Assembly (NCBI GenBank): GCA_037189525.1 | Contig: JBBCJC010000002.1 | Coordinates: 1,216,001-1,280,000 of the forward strand | Length of the DNA: 64,000 nt | Direction: 5' to 3' | Source: Gemmatimonadales bacterium | Lineage (GTDB): Bacteria; Gemmatimonadota; Gemmatimonadetes; Gemmatimonadales; GWC2-71-9 | Part shown: positions 18,158 through 27,231 of the stretch, piece by piece | Position numbering within the stretch: the stretch's first letter is position 1 | How the letters are laid out: each line of letters begins with the position of its first letter | Notes under the pieces: model-generated | The model's database searches: none | What the model was told of the DNA's origin: nothing | The model's input: the letters and a program-made list of their open reading frames with translations, nothing else | Program-made: the position numbers and the translations under genes

Positions 18158-20701
18158 ATGGTCGTTGTCTGGTGTCGTCTACTGGCGTTGGCGTTGCTGA
18201 TCGGGGTGACTTCGCTCGAGGCGCAGTCCCGCCGGCCGTATCCCGCTACGCGCTATGGCGGGAACTACATGCACAACTACCTCTTTGCGCCGACCCCCGG
18301 TGCCACGCCTTCCGGACCGGCCTGGTCGCCCGACGGACGGTGGCTGGCGGTTGCCTTGGCCGGATCGATCTGGCGGGTGGATCCGGCGACGGGTGCGGCC
18401 GAGGAGTTGACCGCAGGGCCGACCTATCACGGCGCGCCGGCCTGGTCGCCGGACGGGCGGTGGCTCGTCTACACGGCCGACAACGGCAGTCGTTCGATTT
18501 CGCTCGAGATTCTCGATCTGCGGACGGGGGTCGCGCGCCGGCTCAGCACCGATAGCGCCAACTACACCGATCCCCGCTTCTCGCCCGACGGGTCGCGGCT
18601 CGCCTACGCCGCGTCGGCGCCGAACGGATACATGAACGTGTTCGTTCGCCCGATTGCCGACGGTCGTTGGGCCGGTGAGCCGATTGCACTGACCGACGAC
18701 AGCCGCTACACCGTCGACCGTCCGTATGTGACGCCGCAGGACATGCACTTCAACCCCGTCTGGTTTCCGTCCGGCCGCGAATTGCTGCTCATCTCCAATC
18801 GCAATACACCGTTAGGTACCGGTGATATCCGCCGGGTCGCTGCGCAGTCGCTGAGTCTGGAGGCCGGGACCACCGTCCTGCGCGAGCACACGCTGTATCA
18901 TGCCCGTCCCGATATCGCACCCGATGGGGTTCGCTTCGTCTACTCCAGCGCCAAGGGAGGGACCCGTCCATTCCAGTCGCTCTATCTCGTGGATACCCGC
19001 ACAGGAAGCTCGACACCGCTGACGGACTCCACCCGATTCGACGCCATCCAGCCGCGCTGGTCTCCCGATGGTCAGTCGATCGCGTTCATCAGCAACGAGG
19101 CGGGTATACCGGGTTTGGCGCTGCTCGATGTCGCGACGGGCCGCGTCCGGGCGGTGCCGATCACGTCGCGCCAGTGGAAGCGGCCGGCTGGGCGGCTCGA
19201 ACTCCGGATCTTTACCGGTTCCTCGAGCACGCCCACGTCGGCGCGCGTCCATCTCACCGCGTCGGACGGCCGGCTCTACGCACCTGACGATGCCTTTGCC
19301 CGGGTCAGTTGGACCAATGACCGGCTCTTTCACGTAACCGGTCCGGCCCGGATCGAGCTGCCGGCGGGGCCCGTCGAACTCACGGTCGTGAAAGGGTTCG
19401 AGCACGCCGTGCTGCGCCGTCGGGTCAACATCGAGGACGGGGCGACCCTCGCACTCGATCTCCGGCTCGAACCGATCGACGATCTGCCGTCGCGCGGCTG
19501 GTATCCCGGGTCGACTGGTGCGCATGTCCATGGCGGCGGCCAGCTCCGCGCCGATCTCGGTGCGCTGCTCGATCTGGCCGAAGCGGAAGGGCAGCAGTTC
19601 ACCTTCTTTCCCTATGCCCATCAGGATGCGCGGGTCCAGGATCGGGAGATGTGGGTCTTCGGAGATCCGGCGCATCCGATCTCGCGTCCGAACAATCTGC
19701 TCACCCTCGGGCAGGAGCACCGCCCGCCCTTCCATGGCCACGTCGTGACGGTCGGGCTGCGCGAGCGGATGCCGACCCTGTTTCCGGTCACCGTCGGATA
19801 CGAAGGGGTGGCACCTCCGACGCTGGCGCCCAGCAATACCGACGTGCTGGAAGCGGCCAAGCGCAAGGGAGCCATGACGGGCTACGTGCACGCCTTCGCC
19901 GGCGAAAATGACCCGATTCGCGAGGGACTGGGACTCGGCAAGGCGTTCATGGTGGATGCCGCTCTGGGAACGGTGGACGTGCTCGAATGGGCGGCCGCGG
20001 GTCGCGGCTCGTTCGTGCCGTGGTATGCCGCGCTCAATAACGGCTTGCGTGTCAAAGCGATGGGCGGTGAGGACACCATTGCCAACCTTGCGATCAGCCG
20101 TCTGATCGGCTCGGTCAGGACCTATGCGCACTGTACCGGTCCGCTGACGCCCGATTGCTGGTGGACCGCGGTACGAGAGGGCCGCTCGTTCGTCACAACC
20201 GGGCCGCTACTCGGCATGACCGTCGATGGCATCTCCGCGGGCGGCGAGGTGCAGCTGTCTGGTGCGCAGGCCGTCACCGTGGCGGGATGGGTCAAATCGA
20301 TCACGCCTCTCAGTATGGTGCTGCTCGTGCACGACGGCCAGGTCATCGATACGATCCCGCTCGGTGCGAATCGCACGGAAGCCACCTTCTCGCGAACGGT
20401 TCGGATGACCAGGAGCGGCTGGTTCCACCTTCGCGCAGAGGGAGATCCGGCGGAGCGATACCCGCTCGACGCGATCTATGCGCAGGGATTTACCAATCCG
20501 GTCTGGGTGACGGTCGACGCCAAGGCACCCCGGGATGCCGCGGCCGCCGAGTACGGGATACGCTGGATCACCCTGCTTCGGGTGATGGCTGAAGCCTGGC
20601 CGGGTTGGACTGATGAGGCGGAGCGAGCGCATGTGCTTGGCCAGTTCGAACGGGCCCGGCAGGTGTATCAGCGGCTGGCCGCCGAAGCGAACGCGCCGTG
20701 A
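18158..20701 (+). CDS. CehA/McbA-like PHP metallohydrolase with N-terminal PD40/TolB repeats
   Basis: Repeated PAWSPDG; KGFE; GQEHRPPFHGH, GYVH, GGED, GRSFVTTGP, TNPVWV. Confidence 0.8.
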   Translation: MVVVWCRLLALALLIGVTSLEAQSRRPYPATRYGGNYMHNYLFAPTPGATPSGPAWSPDGRWLAVALAGSIWRVDPATGAAEELTAGPTYHGAPAWSPDGRWLVYTADNGSRSISLEILDLRTGVARRLSTDSANYTDPRFSPDGSRLAYAASAPNGYMNVFVRPIADGRWAGEPIALTDDSRYTVDRPYVTPQDMHFNPVWFPSGRELLLISNRNTPLGTGDIRRVAAQSLSLEAGTTVLREHTLYHARPDIAPDGVRFVYSSAKGGTRPFQSLYLVDTRTGSSTPLTDSTRFDAIQPRWSPDGQSIAFISNEAGIPGLALLDVATGRVRAVPITSRQWKRPAGRLELRIFTGSSSTPTSARVHLTASDGRLYAPDDAFARVSWTNDRLFHVTGPARIELPAGPVELTVVKGFEHAVLRRRVNIEDGATLALDLRLEPIDDLPSRGWYPGSTGAHVHGGGQLRADLGALLDLAEAEGQQFTFFPYAHQDARVQDREMWVFGDPAHPISRPNNLLTLGQEHRPPFHGHVVTVGLRERMPTLFPVTVGYEGVAPPTLAPSNTDVLEAAKRKGAMTGYVHAFAGENDPIREGLGLGKAFMVDAALGTVDVLEWAAAGRGSFVPWYAALNNGLRVKAMGGEDTIANLAISRLIGSVRTYAHCTGPLTPDCWWTAVREGRSFVTTGPLLGMTVDGISAGGEVQLSGAQAVTVAGWVKSITPLSMVLLVHDGQVIDTIPLGANRTEATFSRTVRMTRSGWFHLRAEGDPAERYPLDAIYAQGFTNPVWVTVDAKAPRDAAAAEYGIRWITLLRVMAEAWPGWTDEAERAHVLGQFERARQVYQRLAAEANAP

Positions 20702-20704
20702 GGC

Positions 20705-21334
20705 TCAATCAGCCGCGCGCGGAGGGACTCGTGCCGTGCTACCGAGCTGGCGCCACGCTCGGGCCATCGTCGAGGGGGGCAGGGCGGGGTGATCCCAGCG
20801 TTCGAGGGTGGTCGCGCGGTAGTCCGCCCCGTGCTCGCCGGTAACCCACGTCTCGTAGTCGGCGATCCAGGCGCAGCACGCCGAGAAGAGGTCGGTCATG
20901 GTGGCCCATTGCTCGGGGCCGTGGGGTGCGTGGTAGTGGCCAAACGCGTAGCGATTCGGCACCCCGAACGGCGGGCGGTCGACCTGGAGCATGCGGGGGC
21001 GGGGATCGAAACGTGAGAGGAAGAGCGCGGGTTGGTCGGGCCTGGTGAACCAGACGCCGAACCCCCACAGCCCGATCTGATACTCCGGCGTCAGCAGAAA
21101 GTACCCGCTGCTCTTGGGCTGATGCGAAGGCGCCCGAACCCGAAGGAAGCCGCGTTCGATGAGGAGATTGCCGGGTGGAGCCAGGACGTCGCGGCCCCAG
21201 CACCAGCACTGCTGATCGATCAATCGGTTCAAGCTCTCCCGAACGACTCGGCTGAATCGCGGACGTGGGCTCGGCTTCGAGAGGTTGGGCGCCCAGAAGC
21301 GCGATGGCTCGGACCGTTGCACAGGTTTCATCAT
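20705..21334 (-). CDS. Hypothetical cytoplasmic protein (Trp/Cys-rich; QCWCWGRDV, LWGFG, WIADYE)
   Basis: 209-aa ORF filling the gap between convergent/divergent genes; operator-like site immediately upstream. Confidence 0.7.
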   Translation of the reverse strand: MMKPVQRSEPSRFWAPNLSKPSPRPRFSRVVRESLNRLIDQQCWCWGRDVLAPPGNLLIERGFLRVRAPSHQPKSSGYFLLTPEYQIGLWGFGVWFTRPDQPALFLSRFDPRPRMLQVDRPPFGVPNRYAFGHYHAPHGPEQWATMTDLFSACCAWIADYETWVTGEHGADYRATTLERWDHPALPPSTMARAWRQLGSTARVPPRAAD

Positions 21335-21343
21335 CGCAGTAAA

Positions 21344-21359
21344 TGATAACTATTTATCA
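21344..21359. promoter_or_regulatory. Fur/Zur-like operator E (TGATAAC-TA-TTTATCA)
   Basis: 7-2-7 inverted repeat about 10 bp upstream of the minus-strand hypothetical gene. Confidence 0.6.
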
Positions 21360-21404
21360 ATAAATCACCAACCGATCGAGTTTCGGCCTGAAGGATTGCC
21401 AATT

Positions 21405-21426
21405 TGATAACGAAATAGCAATATGA
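21405..21426. promoter_or_regulatory. Fur/Zur-like operator F (TGATAAC-GAAATAGC-AATATGA)
   Basis: Spacer nearly identical to site D (GAAATTGC); upstream of the DUF3299-ABC operon. Confidence 0.6.
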
Positions 21427-21484
21427 ATACCGCGAGATGTACTGCGGGTGTGGTCAGGGCAACAATCTGGACCGGAGTATCCCT

Positions 21485-21952
21485 ATGCGTTGGTATGGCG
21501 CGATGTCGATCGTATTGGGTTTGGCGGCAGGCCCTCTCGGAGCCCAGCCCAAACCTCAACCGATCTCGTTCGATCAGTTGACGGCGTACGACTACGAACT
21601 TCCGGGGCCCCTCGCCGCGGTGACGAAGGAAACGCAGGCGCAGATTCCCGGGCCGATTCGGGCGCTCAACGGCAAGCGGGTGCAGATCTCCGGTTTCATG
21701 CTGCCGATCGATCTCGAAGCCGACGGCGTGCGGCAGTTCATCCTCAACGGCTCGCTGGACATGTGCTACTTCGGGGCGCCGGTGCGGATCAACGACTGGA
21801 TCATGGTCACTATGAACCAGGGCAAGAAGGCCCAGTTCAGTCACATGCCCACCCGGATCACGGGCACGCTCGAGGTTGGTGAGGAGATCAGGAACGGGCG
21901 GATCGTCAGCCTCTATCGGCTCAAGGCAGATGAGGCGACGATCTCCCGGTGA
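21485..21952 (+). CDS. DUF3299-like periplasmic protein, paralog 3
   Basis: Signal peptide; core nearly identical to paralog 2 (GFMLPIDL..NGSLDMCYFGAPVRIN.WIMVTMNQGKKA). Confidence 0.8.
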   Translation: MRWYGAMSIVLGLAAGPLGAQPKPQPISFDQLTAYDYELPGPLAAVTKETQAQIPGPIRALNGKRVQISGFMLPIDLEADGVRQFILNGSLDMCYFGAPVRINDWIMVTMNQGKKAQFSHMPTRITGTLEVGEEIRNGRIVSLYRLKADEATISR

Positions 21953-22620
21953 CCGCAGTTCTCGACGTACGCAATCTCGAAAAGAGTTATCTCGCGCCGG
22001 ACGGCGAGCGCCAGCGCGTGCTCGACATCCCGGCGCTCACGGTCGGCGCGGGAGAACAGGTGGCGCTGCGCGGCACGAGCGGTTCGGGCAAGACGACGCT
22101 CCTCAATGTCATCGCGGGCATTCTGCCTGCCGATAGCGGCACCGTGATGATCGGTGACGCCGCCATGACGGCGTTGTCCGAGAGCGGCCGCGACCAGTTG
22201 CGCGCCAGGACCATCGGCTACGTCTTCCAGACCTTCAACCTGCTGCAGGGCTATTCGGCGCTGGAGAACGTTCTGCTCGGTATGCTGTTCGGACCGGGGC
22301 CTGATCCGGCACGCGCCCGGGCCCTGCTCGAACGCGTGGGACTCGGTAGCCGCCTCCATCATCGGCCTCGCCAGCTGTCGGTTGGCCAGCAGCAGCGGGT
22401 CGCGGTGGCGCGAGCGCTCGCCAATCGGCCGGCGCTGGTGCTGGCCGACGAACCCACCGGTAATCTGGACCGCCGCCATGCGGAGGAAGCGTTGGCTTTG
22501 ATGCGTGAAGGTTGTCGCGAGGCGGGGGCTGCGCTGCTGCTGGTAAGTCACGATCCCGCGGTGCTGGGCGCCTTCGAGCGGGTCGAGGATCTCTCCCAAC
22601 TCAATCGGGCGGCCAGCTGA
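21949..22620 (+). CDS. ABC transporter ATP-binding protein (LolD/MacB type; ZrgB-like)
   Basis: [32 protein letters not shown]. Confidence 0.95.
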   Translation: MTAVLDVRNLEKSYLAPDGERQRVLDIPALTVGAGEQVALRGTSGSGKTTLLNVIAGILPADSGTVMIGDAAMTALSESGRDQLRARTIGYVFQTFNLLQGYSALENVLLGMLFGPGPDPARARALLERVGLGSRLHHRPRQLSVGQQQRVAVARALANRPALVLADEPTGNLDRRHAEEALALMREGCREAGAALLLVSHDPAVLGAFERVEDLSQLNRAAS

Positions 22621-23879
22621 TGGCGGCGTTCGGTCTCTCGCTGCTGGTGCGCCGGAGTCTGCGGCAGCACGCGTTGTCCACCTTGATCACGGTCGTGTCG
22701 GTGGCGCTGGCATCGGGGCTCGTGATGAGCGTCTTTGCCATCAAGCGTCAGGCCTACCAGGCGTTCACCGGCGGTCCCGTGGGGTTCGACGCGGTGCTCG
22801 GCGCGCGCGGGAGCCAGCTCCAACTCGTGCTCAATACGGTCTTCCACCTGGAAACCTCGCCCGGGAACATTCCCTGGGCCATGTACCAGGCGATTGGTGC
22901 GGACCCGGGTGTCACGCTCGCCATCCCGTACGCGGTGGGCGACAACTACGAAGGGTTTCGGATCGTCGGCACCTCCACCCAGATGTTCACCGACTTCGAG
23001 TACCGGGCCGGGCAGAAATTCCGGCTCGGCGCCGGTCGCGTGTTCAACCCCGCCGAGCGGGAGGCCATCGTCGGCAGCGTGGTGGCTGCGCAGACGGGGC
23101 TCGCGCTCGGGTCGACCTTCCGGCCCTATCACGGTCTCGCGTTCGACTCGACCAAGGTCCATGACGAGCTGTACACGGTCGTGGCGGTGATGGAGCCGAC
23201 CAACAGCCCGTCCGACCGGGTGGTCTGGATCCCGATCGACGGTTTGTTCCGCATGTCGGGGCACGTCCTGCGAGGCACCGGCAAGACCTATCGCCCCGAG
23301 GAGGGCGTCGCGATCCCGGAGGAGCATCGTGAGGTGAGTGCCGTGATGCTCAAGCTCGCGGACCCGCAGAGCGGTATCTACCTCGACCAGGCCATCAACC
23401 GGCAGGGCAAGGAGGCCACGCTGGCCTGGCCGATCGGTCGTGTCATGGCCGATCTCTTCATCAAGATCGGATGGATGAATCAGGTGCTGGCGATGGTGGC
23501 ATATCTGGTGATCGTCGTGGCCGCCGGGTCGATTCTCGCGAGTATCTACAACACCATGAACGAACGGCGGCGCGAGTTCGCGATCCTCCGGGCGCTGGGC
23601 GCCCGGCGGCGGACGGTGTTCGCCGCGATCGTATTCGAAGCGGCGGCGATTGCCGGCCTGGGTGCCGCGTTAGGCTATGCGATGTATGCCGGGATCCTCA
23701 CGGCGGCGCGCGCGGTGGTGCGGGTGCAGACCGGCGTGGTGCTCGATCCGCTGGCGTTCGATCCGATTCTCGTCGTCGCCCCGATCGGGATGCTCCTGAT
23801 CGGCGCGGTGGCGGGACTGATCCCGGCGTTCAAAGCGTATCGGACGGACGTCGCGGCCAACCTGACTCCGGTTTCGTGA
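22620..23879 (+). CDS. ABC transporter permease (FtsX/MacB_PCD; ZrgC-like)
   Basis: DAVLGARGSQLQLVLNTVFH, GDNYEGFRIVGT, NERRREFAILRALGA. Confidence 0.9.
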   Translation: MAAFGLSLLVRRSLRQHALSTLITVVSVALASGLVMSVFAIKRQAYQAFTGGPVGFDAVLGARGSQLQLVLNTVFHLETSPGNIPWAMYQAIGADPGVTLAIPYAVGDNYEGFRIVGTSTQMFTDFEYRAGQKFRLGAGRVFNPAEREAIVGSVVAAQTGLALGSTFRPYHGLAFDSTKVHDELYTVVAVMEPTNSPSDRVVWIPIDGLFRMSGHVLRGTGKTYRPEEGVAIPEEHREVSAVMLKLADPQSGIYLDQAINRQGKEATLAWPIGRVMADLFIKIGWMNQVLAMVAYLVIVVAAGSILASIYNTMNERRREFAILRALGARRRTVFAAIVFEAAAIAGLGAALGYAMYAGILTAARAVVRVQTGVVLDPLAFDPILVVAPIGMLLIGAVAGLIPAFKAYRTDVAANLTPVS

Positions 23880-23886
23880 GGTGACG

Positions 23887-24450
23887 ATGGGTACCACATG
23901 GATGTGGGGCGGTGTGCTGGCGGTCCTGGCAGGTGCAGCGGCGTGCGGCTCCGATCGGGACGTAGGCCAGCCGGCGGCCGATGCTCCGGCGGTGGCCGCG
24001 GCGCCGGTCGCACCGGATACGCAAGCTGCGCATAATGATGACGACGACGATGATCACGGAGGTCACGAGCACGACGCACCGCACGGGGGCGCCCTGGTCG
24101 AACTGGGCAATGAATTCGCCCACCTGGAGATCGTGCTCGATGCCGGGCTCGGCCAATTGACGGTCTACGTGCTCGATGGCGAGGCCTCGACCGGTGTACG
24201 GCTACGCACGTCGTCGCTCCGGCCCACGATCCAGCTTCCGTCCAGTGCCGCGCCGTTCGAACTCGCTCTCTCGGCCGTCGCCAACGCCCTCACTGGCGAA
24301 ACGGCCGAAGAGTCGAGCGTCTACATCGGACAGGACGACCGGTTGAAGGGCGTCAGTCGGTTCACTGGCAAAGTGCCGAGCGTGACCGTGCGTGGGCAGA
24401 CCTTCTCGGACGTGGCGATCAGCTATCCCGAGGATTCACACGATCACTGA
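23887..24450 (+). CDS. His/Asp-rich lipoprotein, putative Zn-binding partner of the ABC system
   Basis: Lipobox AAAC; HNDDDDDDHGGHEHDAPHGG..AHLE; C-terminal HDH. Confidence 0.75.
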   Translation: MGTTWMWGGVLAVLAGAAACGSDRDVGQPAADAPAVAAAPVAPDTQAAHNDDDDDDHGGHEHDAPHGGALVELGNEFAHLEIVLDAGLGQLTVYVLDGEASTGVRLRTSSLRPTIQLPSSAAPFELALSAVANALTGETAEESSVYIGQDDRLKGVSRFTGKVPSVTVRGQTFSDVAISYPEDSHDH

Positions 24451-24470
24451 GTGTTGCGCAGGGGGCGGGC

Positions 24471-25292
24471 TCAGCCCGCCCTCCACAAGACCGGAAAGAG
24501 GGGATGGTCCATCGGCGCGCCGGCCGGGAGCGTCTCCGCCAGCCCCGGAAACGCGGGCGACGTGATCCACTGCCGGGGCGCGTGCGTGATGTCGTCACCG
24601 AGCACGCGCACCGAGAACACGCGCCGCCGGCGAGTCCCCTCCACACCTTTGGCGGCGTGCAGGGTCAGCATGTGGAAGCAGACCGCGTCACCAGGTTCGA
24701 GGTCCCAGCCGATGATCGGGTAGCGCTCCCGATCGGCCTCGATGTCGGGAAGATCCTCCAACGTACCTTCCGGAAACCACTTGGCCTGCGCATCGAGGAA
24801 CGAGCGCGGCATGAGCCACGGTCCCAGGTGCGAGCCGGCCACGAATTCCAGCGTCGAGGCTCGGCTCACGGGATCGACCGGGATCCAGAAGCTGCAGTTG
24901 AGCCGGCCCTCGATGTTGTAGTAGGGCTGATCCTGGTGCCATGGTGTGGCTTGCCGGGTGCCCGGCTCTTTGGTCAGCATGTGGTCGTGATAGAGCCGGA
25001 CCGTAGTGCTCCCCATCAACAGGCCGGCTGCTTCGCTCAGGCGCGACTCGAAGATGAAGCGCCGATACGCGTCGCGCTCCTGCCAGTTGCAGAAGTCCTC
25101 GATGAACCATCCCGGATCTTCGGGACGGCTCGCCACTTTGGCGCGCGGGCTCGGCTGGGCCAGATTGGCATCGATGCCTGCGCGCAGGCGCTCGACCTCG
25201 TCGGGAGTGAACAGCTGGCGCAGGCAGATGGCGCCGTCGCGCTGAAAGGCGTCGATGTCGGATTGGGTCACGGCGGGTTTGGCGGACGGCAC
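24471..25292 (-). CDS. Phytanoyl-CoA dioxygenase (PhyH) family Fe(II)/2OG oxygenase
   Basis: TPWHQD (HxD), GSH, PGDAVCFH..TLH, RR; GGAG before GTG 25292. Confidence 0.9.
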   Translation of the reverse strand: MPSAKPAVTQSDIDAFQRDGAICLRQLFTPDEVERLRAGIDANLAQPSPRAKVASRPEDPGWFIEDFCNWQERDAYRRFIFESRLSEAAGLLMGSTTVRLYHDHMLTKEPGTRQATPWHQDQPYYNIEGRLNCSFWIPVDPVSRASTLEFVAGSHLGPWLMPRSFLDAQAKWFPEGTLEDLPDIEADRERYPIIGWDLEPGDAVCFHMLTLHAAKGVEGTRRRRVFSVRVLGDDITHAPRQWITSPAFPGLAETLPAGAPMDHPLFPVLWRAG

Positions 25293-25313
25293 AGGGTGGC
25301 TCCGGCTGAAGAG

Positions 25314-25329
25314 TGGTAATATATTACAC
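25314..25329. promoter_or_regulatory. Palindromic operator TGGTAAT-AT-ATTACAC (GntR site or degenerate 7-2-7 Fur-like box)
   Basis: Core palindrome GTAATATATTAC in the AT-rich divergent intergenic region. Confidence 0.5.
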
Positions 25330-25497
25330 ACAAATGCAAATATATCAATTCTTAGGCCGGCGCCCTCGGTCTCAGATAGCTGGCCGCTCGAACGGGGCGG
25401 TGCAAGGTCAGACCCATTGCCGGCCGAATGTGGAGTGTGTGGTGACCGTGTGCTCGGTGGACGGCGGATCTCAATGGAGCTGTTCGAGGACGGAACC

Positions 25498-26211
25498 ATG
25501 ACGCCGAAGTCCGCTCTCCCAGCGCGGGCCGACCGGGCTCGGCGCGTGTCCTATGCCGATCAGACGTACGAGCATCTCCGGCAGGAGATCGTCGAATGCC
25601 GGCTGCCGCCCGGACGGCGCTTGACGGAGGCGTCGGTGGCCGAGCTGGTGCAGGTGGGCAAGATGCCGGTGCGCGAGGCGCTCCAGCGCCTGGTCCTGGA
25701 AGGACTGGTGCAGGTCATCCCCCGTCACGGTTACCGGGTGGCGCCCATCACCCTGCGTGAGGTGCGTGAGCTATTCGCGCTCAGGCTGGTGGTCGAGCCG
25801 GCGGCGACCGAACGTGCAGCCGGACGGATCGACGCGGTCGAGTCCGCAGCGCTCCGCAAGCTGAGCGACATCGGGTATACCCTGACCGGTCGGGAGGCGG
25901 TCCGCCGCTATCTACGGGCCAACACGGAGTTCCATACCCGCATCGCGCAGTGCGCGGGTAGCCGACGGCTGGCCGATCTGGTGGCAGGACTGCTGCGGGA
26001 GAGCGAGCGGCTGATCACGTTCGTGCTCCCGACGCACCCGCGGAGCGCGCCGACGGTGGCCGAGCACCGCCGTCTACTCGGTGCGCTGGTCCGAGGCGAA
26101 GGGAAGGCCGCGCGCCGTCTCGCAGAAGCGCATATACGGTCGACCGAAACCATGGTGACGGAGGCGATCCTCGCGCACGCCGAAGTCGAAGATGCGCCGA
26201 TCGAAGCGTAG
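25498..26211 (+). CDS. GntR (FCD subfamily) transcriptional regulator
   Basis: LPPGRRL.E..VA..PVREAL.RL..EGLV HTH; NTEFH, EH..L, H ligand residues. Confidence 0.92.
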   Translation: MTPKSALPARADRARRVSYADQTYEHLRQEIVECRLPPGRRLTEASVAELVQVGKMPVREALQRLVLEGLVQVIPRHGYRVAPITLREVRELFALRLVVEPAATERAAGRIDAVESAALRKLSDIGYTLTGREAVRRYLRANTEFHTRIAQCAGSRRLADLVAGLLRESERLITFVLPTHPRSAPTVAEHRRLLGALVRGEGKAARRLAEAHIRSTETMVTEAILAHAEVEDAPIEA

Positions 26212-26236
26212 CATGGGGTCGGGTCGGGTCTCAGCG

Positions 26237-27124
26237 TCAGTGTGAGATGATCAATGACTGGTGCGTAGCCGCGCCGGCCATTGCCCCATCGCCCACGGCG
26301 AGTGAAACGGACCCGAACGGGCGCGCCGCGTCTCCGCAGGCAAAGACTCCGGCCACTGTCGTTGCCTTCAGCATATCGGTCTGAATGAACGAGCCTGCGG
26401 GCCCGTCCTCGAAGGCACAGCCCAGCTGCCGGGGGACCGGGCTTGCGATATGTATCCTCGGGATCGTGAACAGCCCATCGAGCGGGATCGTCCTTCCGTC
26501 GCCCAAAACCACCTCGGTGCGCGCGCCAGTAATGGCCACGACCGGCTCCCGTTCCACCGTCACACCTCGCGCCGCAAGCTGCGCCGACTGCTCGGCATCC
26601 GGTTCGAAGATGCCGTTGGTGAAGAAGGTCGTGGGACCCCAATCGGGCAGCAGGATGGCGTGATGCATGGACATGGGGCCGGTCGCCAGCACGCCGACCG
26701 GGCCCTGGTCGAGTTCGTAGCCATGACAGTAGGGGCAGTGGAACACGCTCTTGCCCCAGCGCTCCTGCAGGCCGGGAATTACCGGTAGCTCGTCGACCAC
26801 GCCGAGCGCCAGGACCAACCGCTTGGCGTGATAGTCCTGCCCGTCGGCCGTCACCGAGAATCCCGCCTCGATCTGGCGGGCCTCGGTGGCCGTCGCATCG
26901 AGCCATGTCACAGTCGGATAGGAGAGCAATTGGGCGCGCGCGTCGGCGATGATATCTCCTGGTGGCCGTCCGTCCTGGCCCAGGAATCCATGCGACGCAG
27001 CCGCAAACCGGTTGCGACGCACCCCGGCATCGATGACCAGAATGCTGCGCCGAGCTCGGGCCAGCTGCAGCGCTGCCGCGATCCCGGCATAGCTTCCGCC
27101 GACTACGATGATTTCGTACGACAT
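26237..27124 (-). CDS. Thioredoxin-reductase-like NAD(P)/FAD oxidoreductase
   Basis: GGSYAG, RNRFA..SHGF, HCPYCHGYE, GVFACGD. Confidence 0.9.
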   Translation of the reverse strand: MSYEIIVVGGSYAGIAAALQLARARRSILVIDAGVRRNRFAAASHGFLGQDGRPPGDIIADARAQLLSYPTVTWLDATATEARQIEAGFSVTADGQDYHAKRLVLALGVVDELPVIPGLQERWGKSVFHCPYCHGYELDQGPVGVLATGPMSMHHAILLPDWGPTTFFTNGIFEPDAEQSAQLAARGVTVEREPVVAITGARTEVVLGDGRTIPLDGLFTIPRIHIASPVPRQLGCAFEDGPAGSFIQTDMLKATTVAGVFACGDAARPFGSVSLAVGDGAMAGAATHQSLIISH

Positions 27125-27231
27125 GATGTCCACCTCGCGTGCGGCGGTAGCTCGATTCCGTTCGGGGCTGTCTGTGTCGCCCAAGTCGCCCATGGCGGGT
27201 GGCCAACTCCGGGTAGGAACAGAGCGAATGT

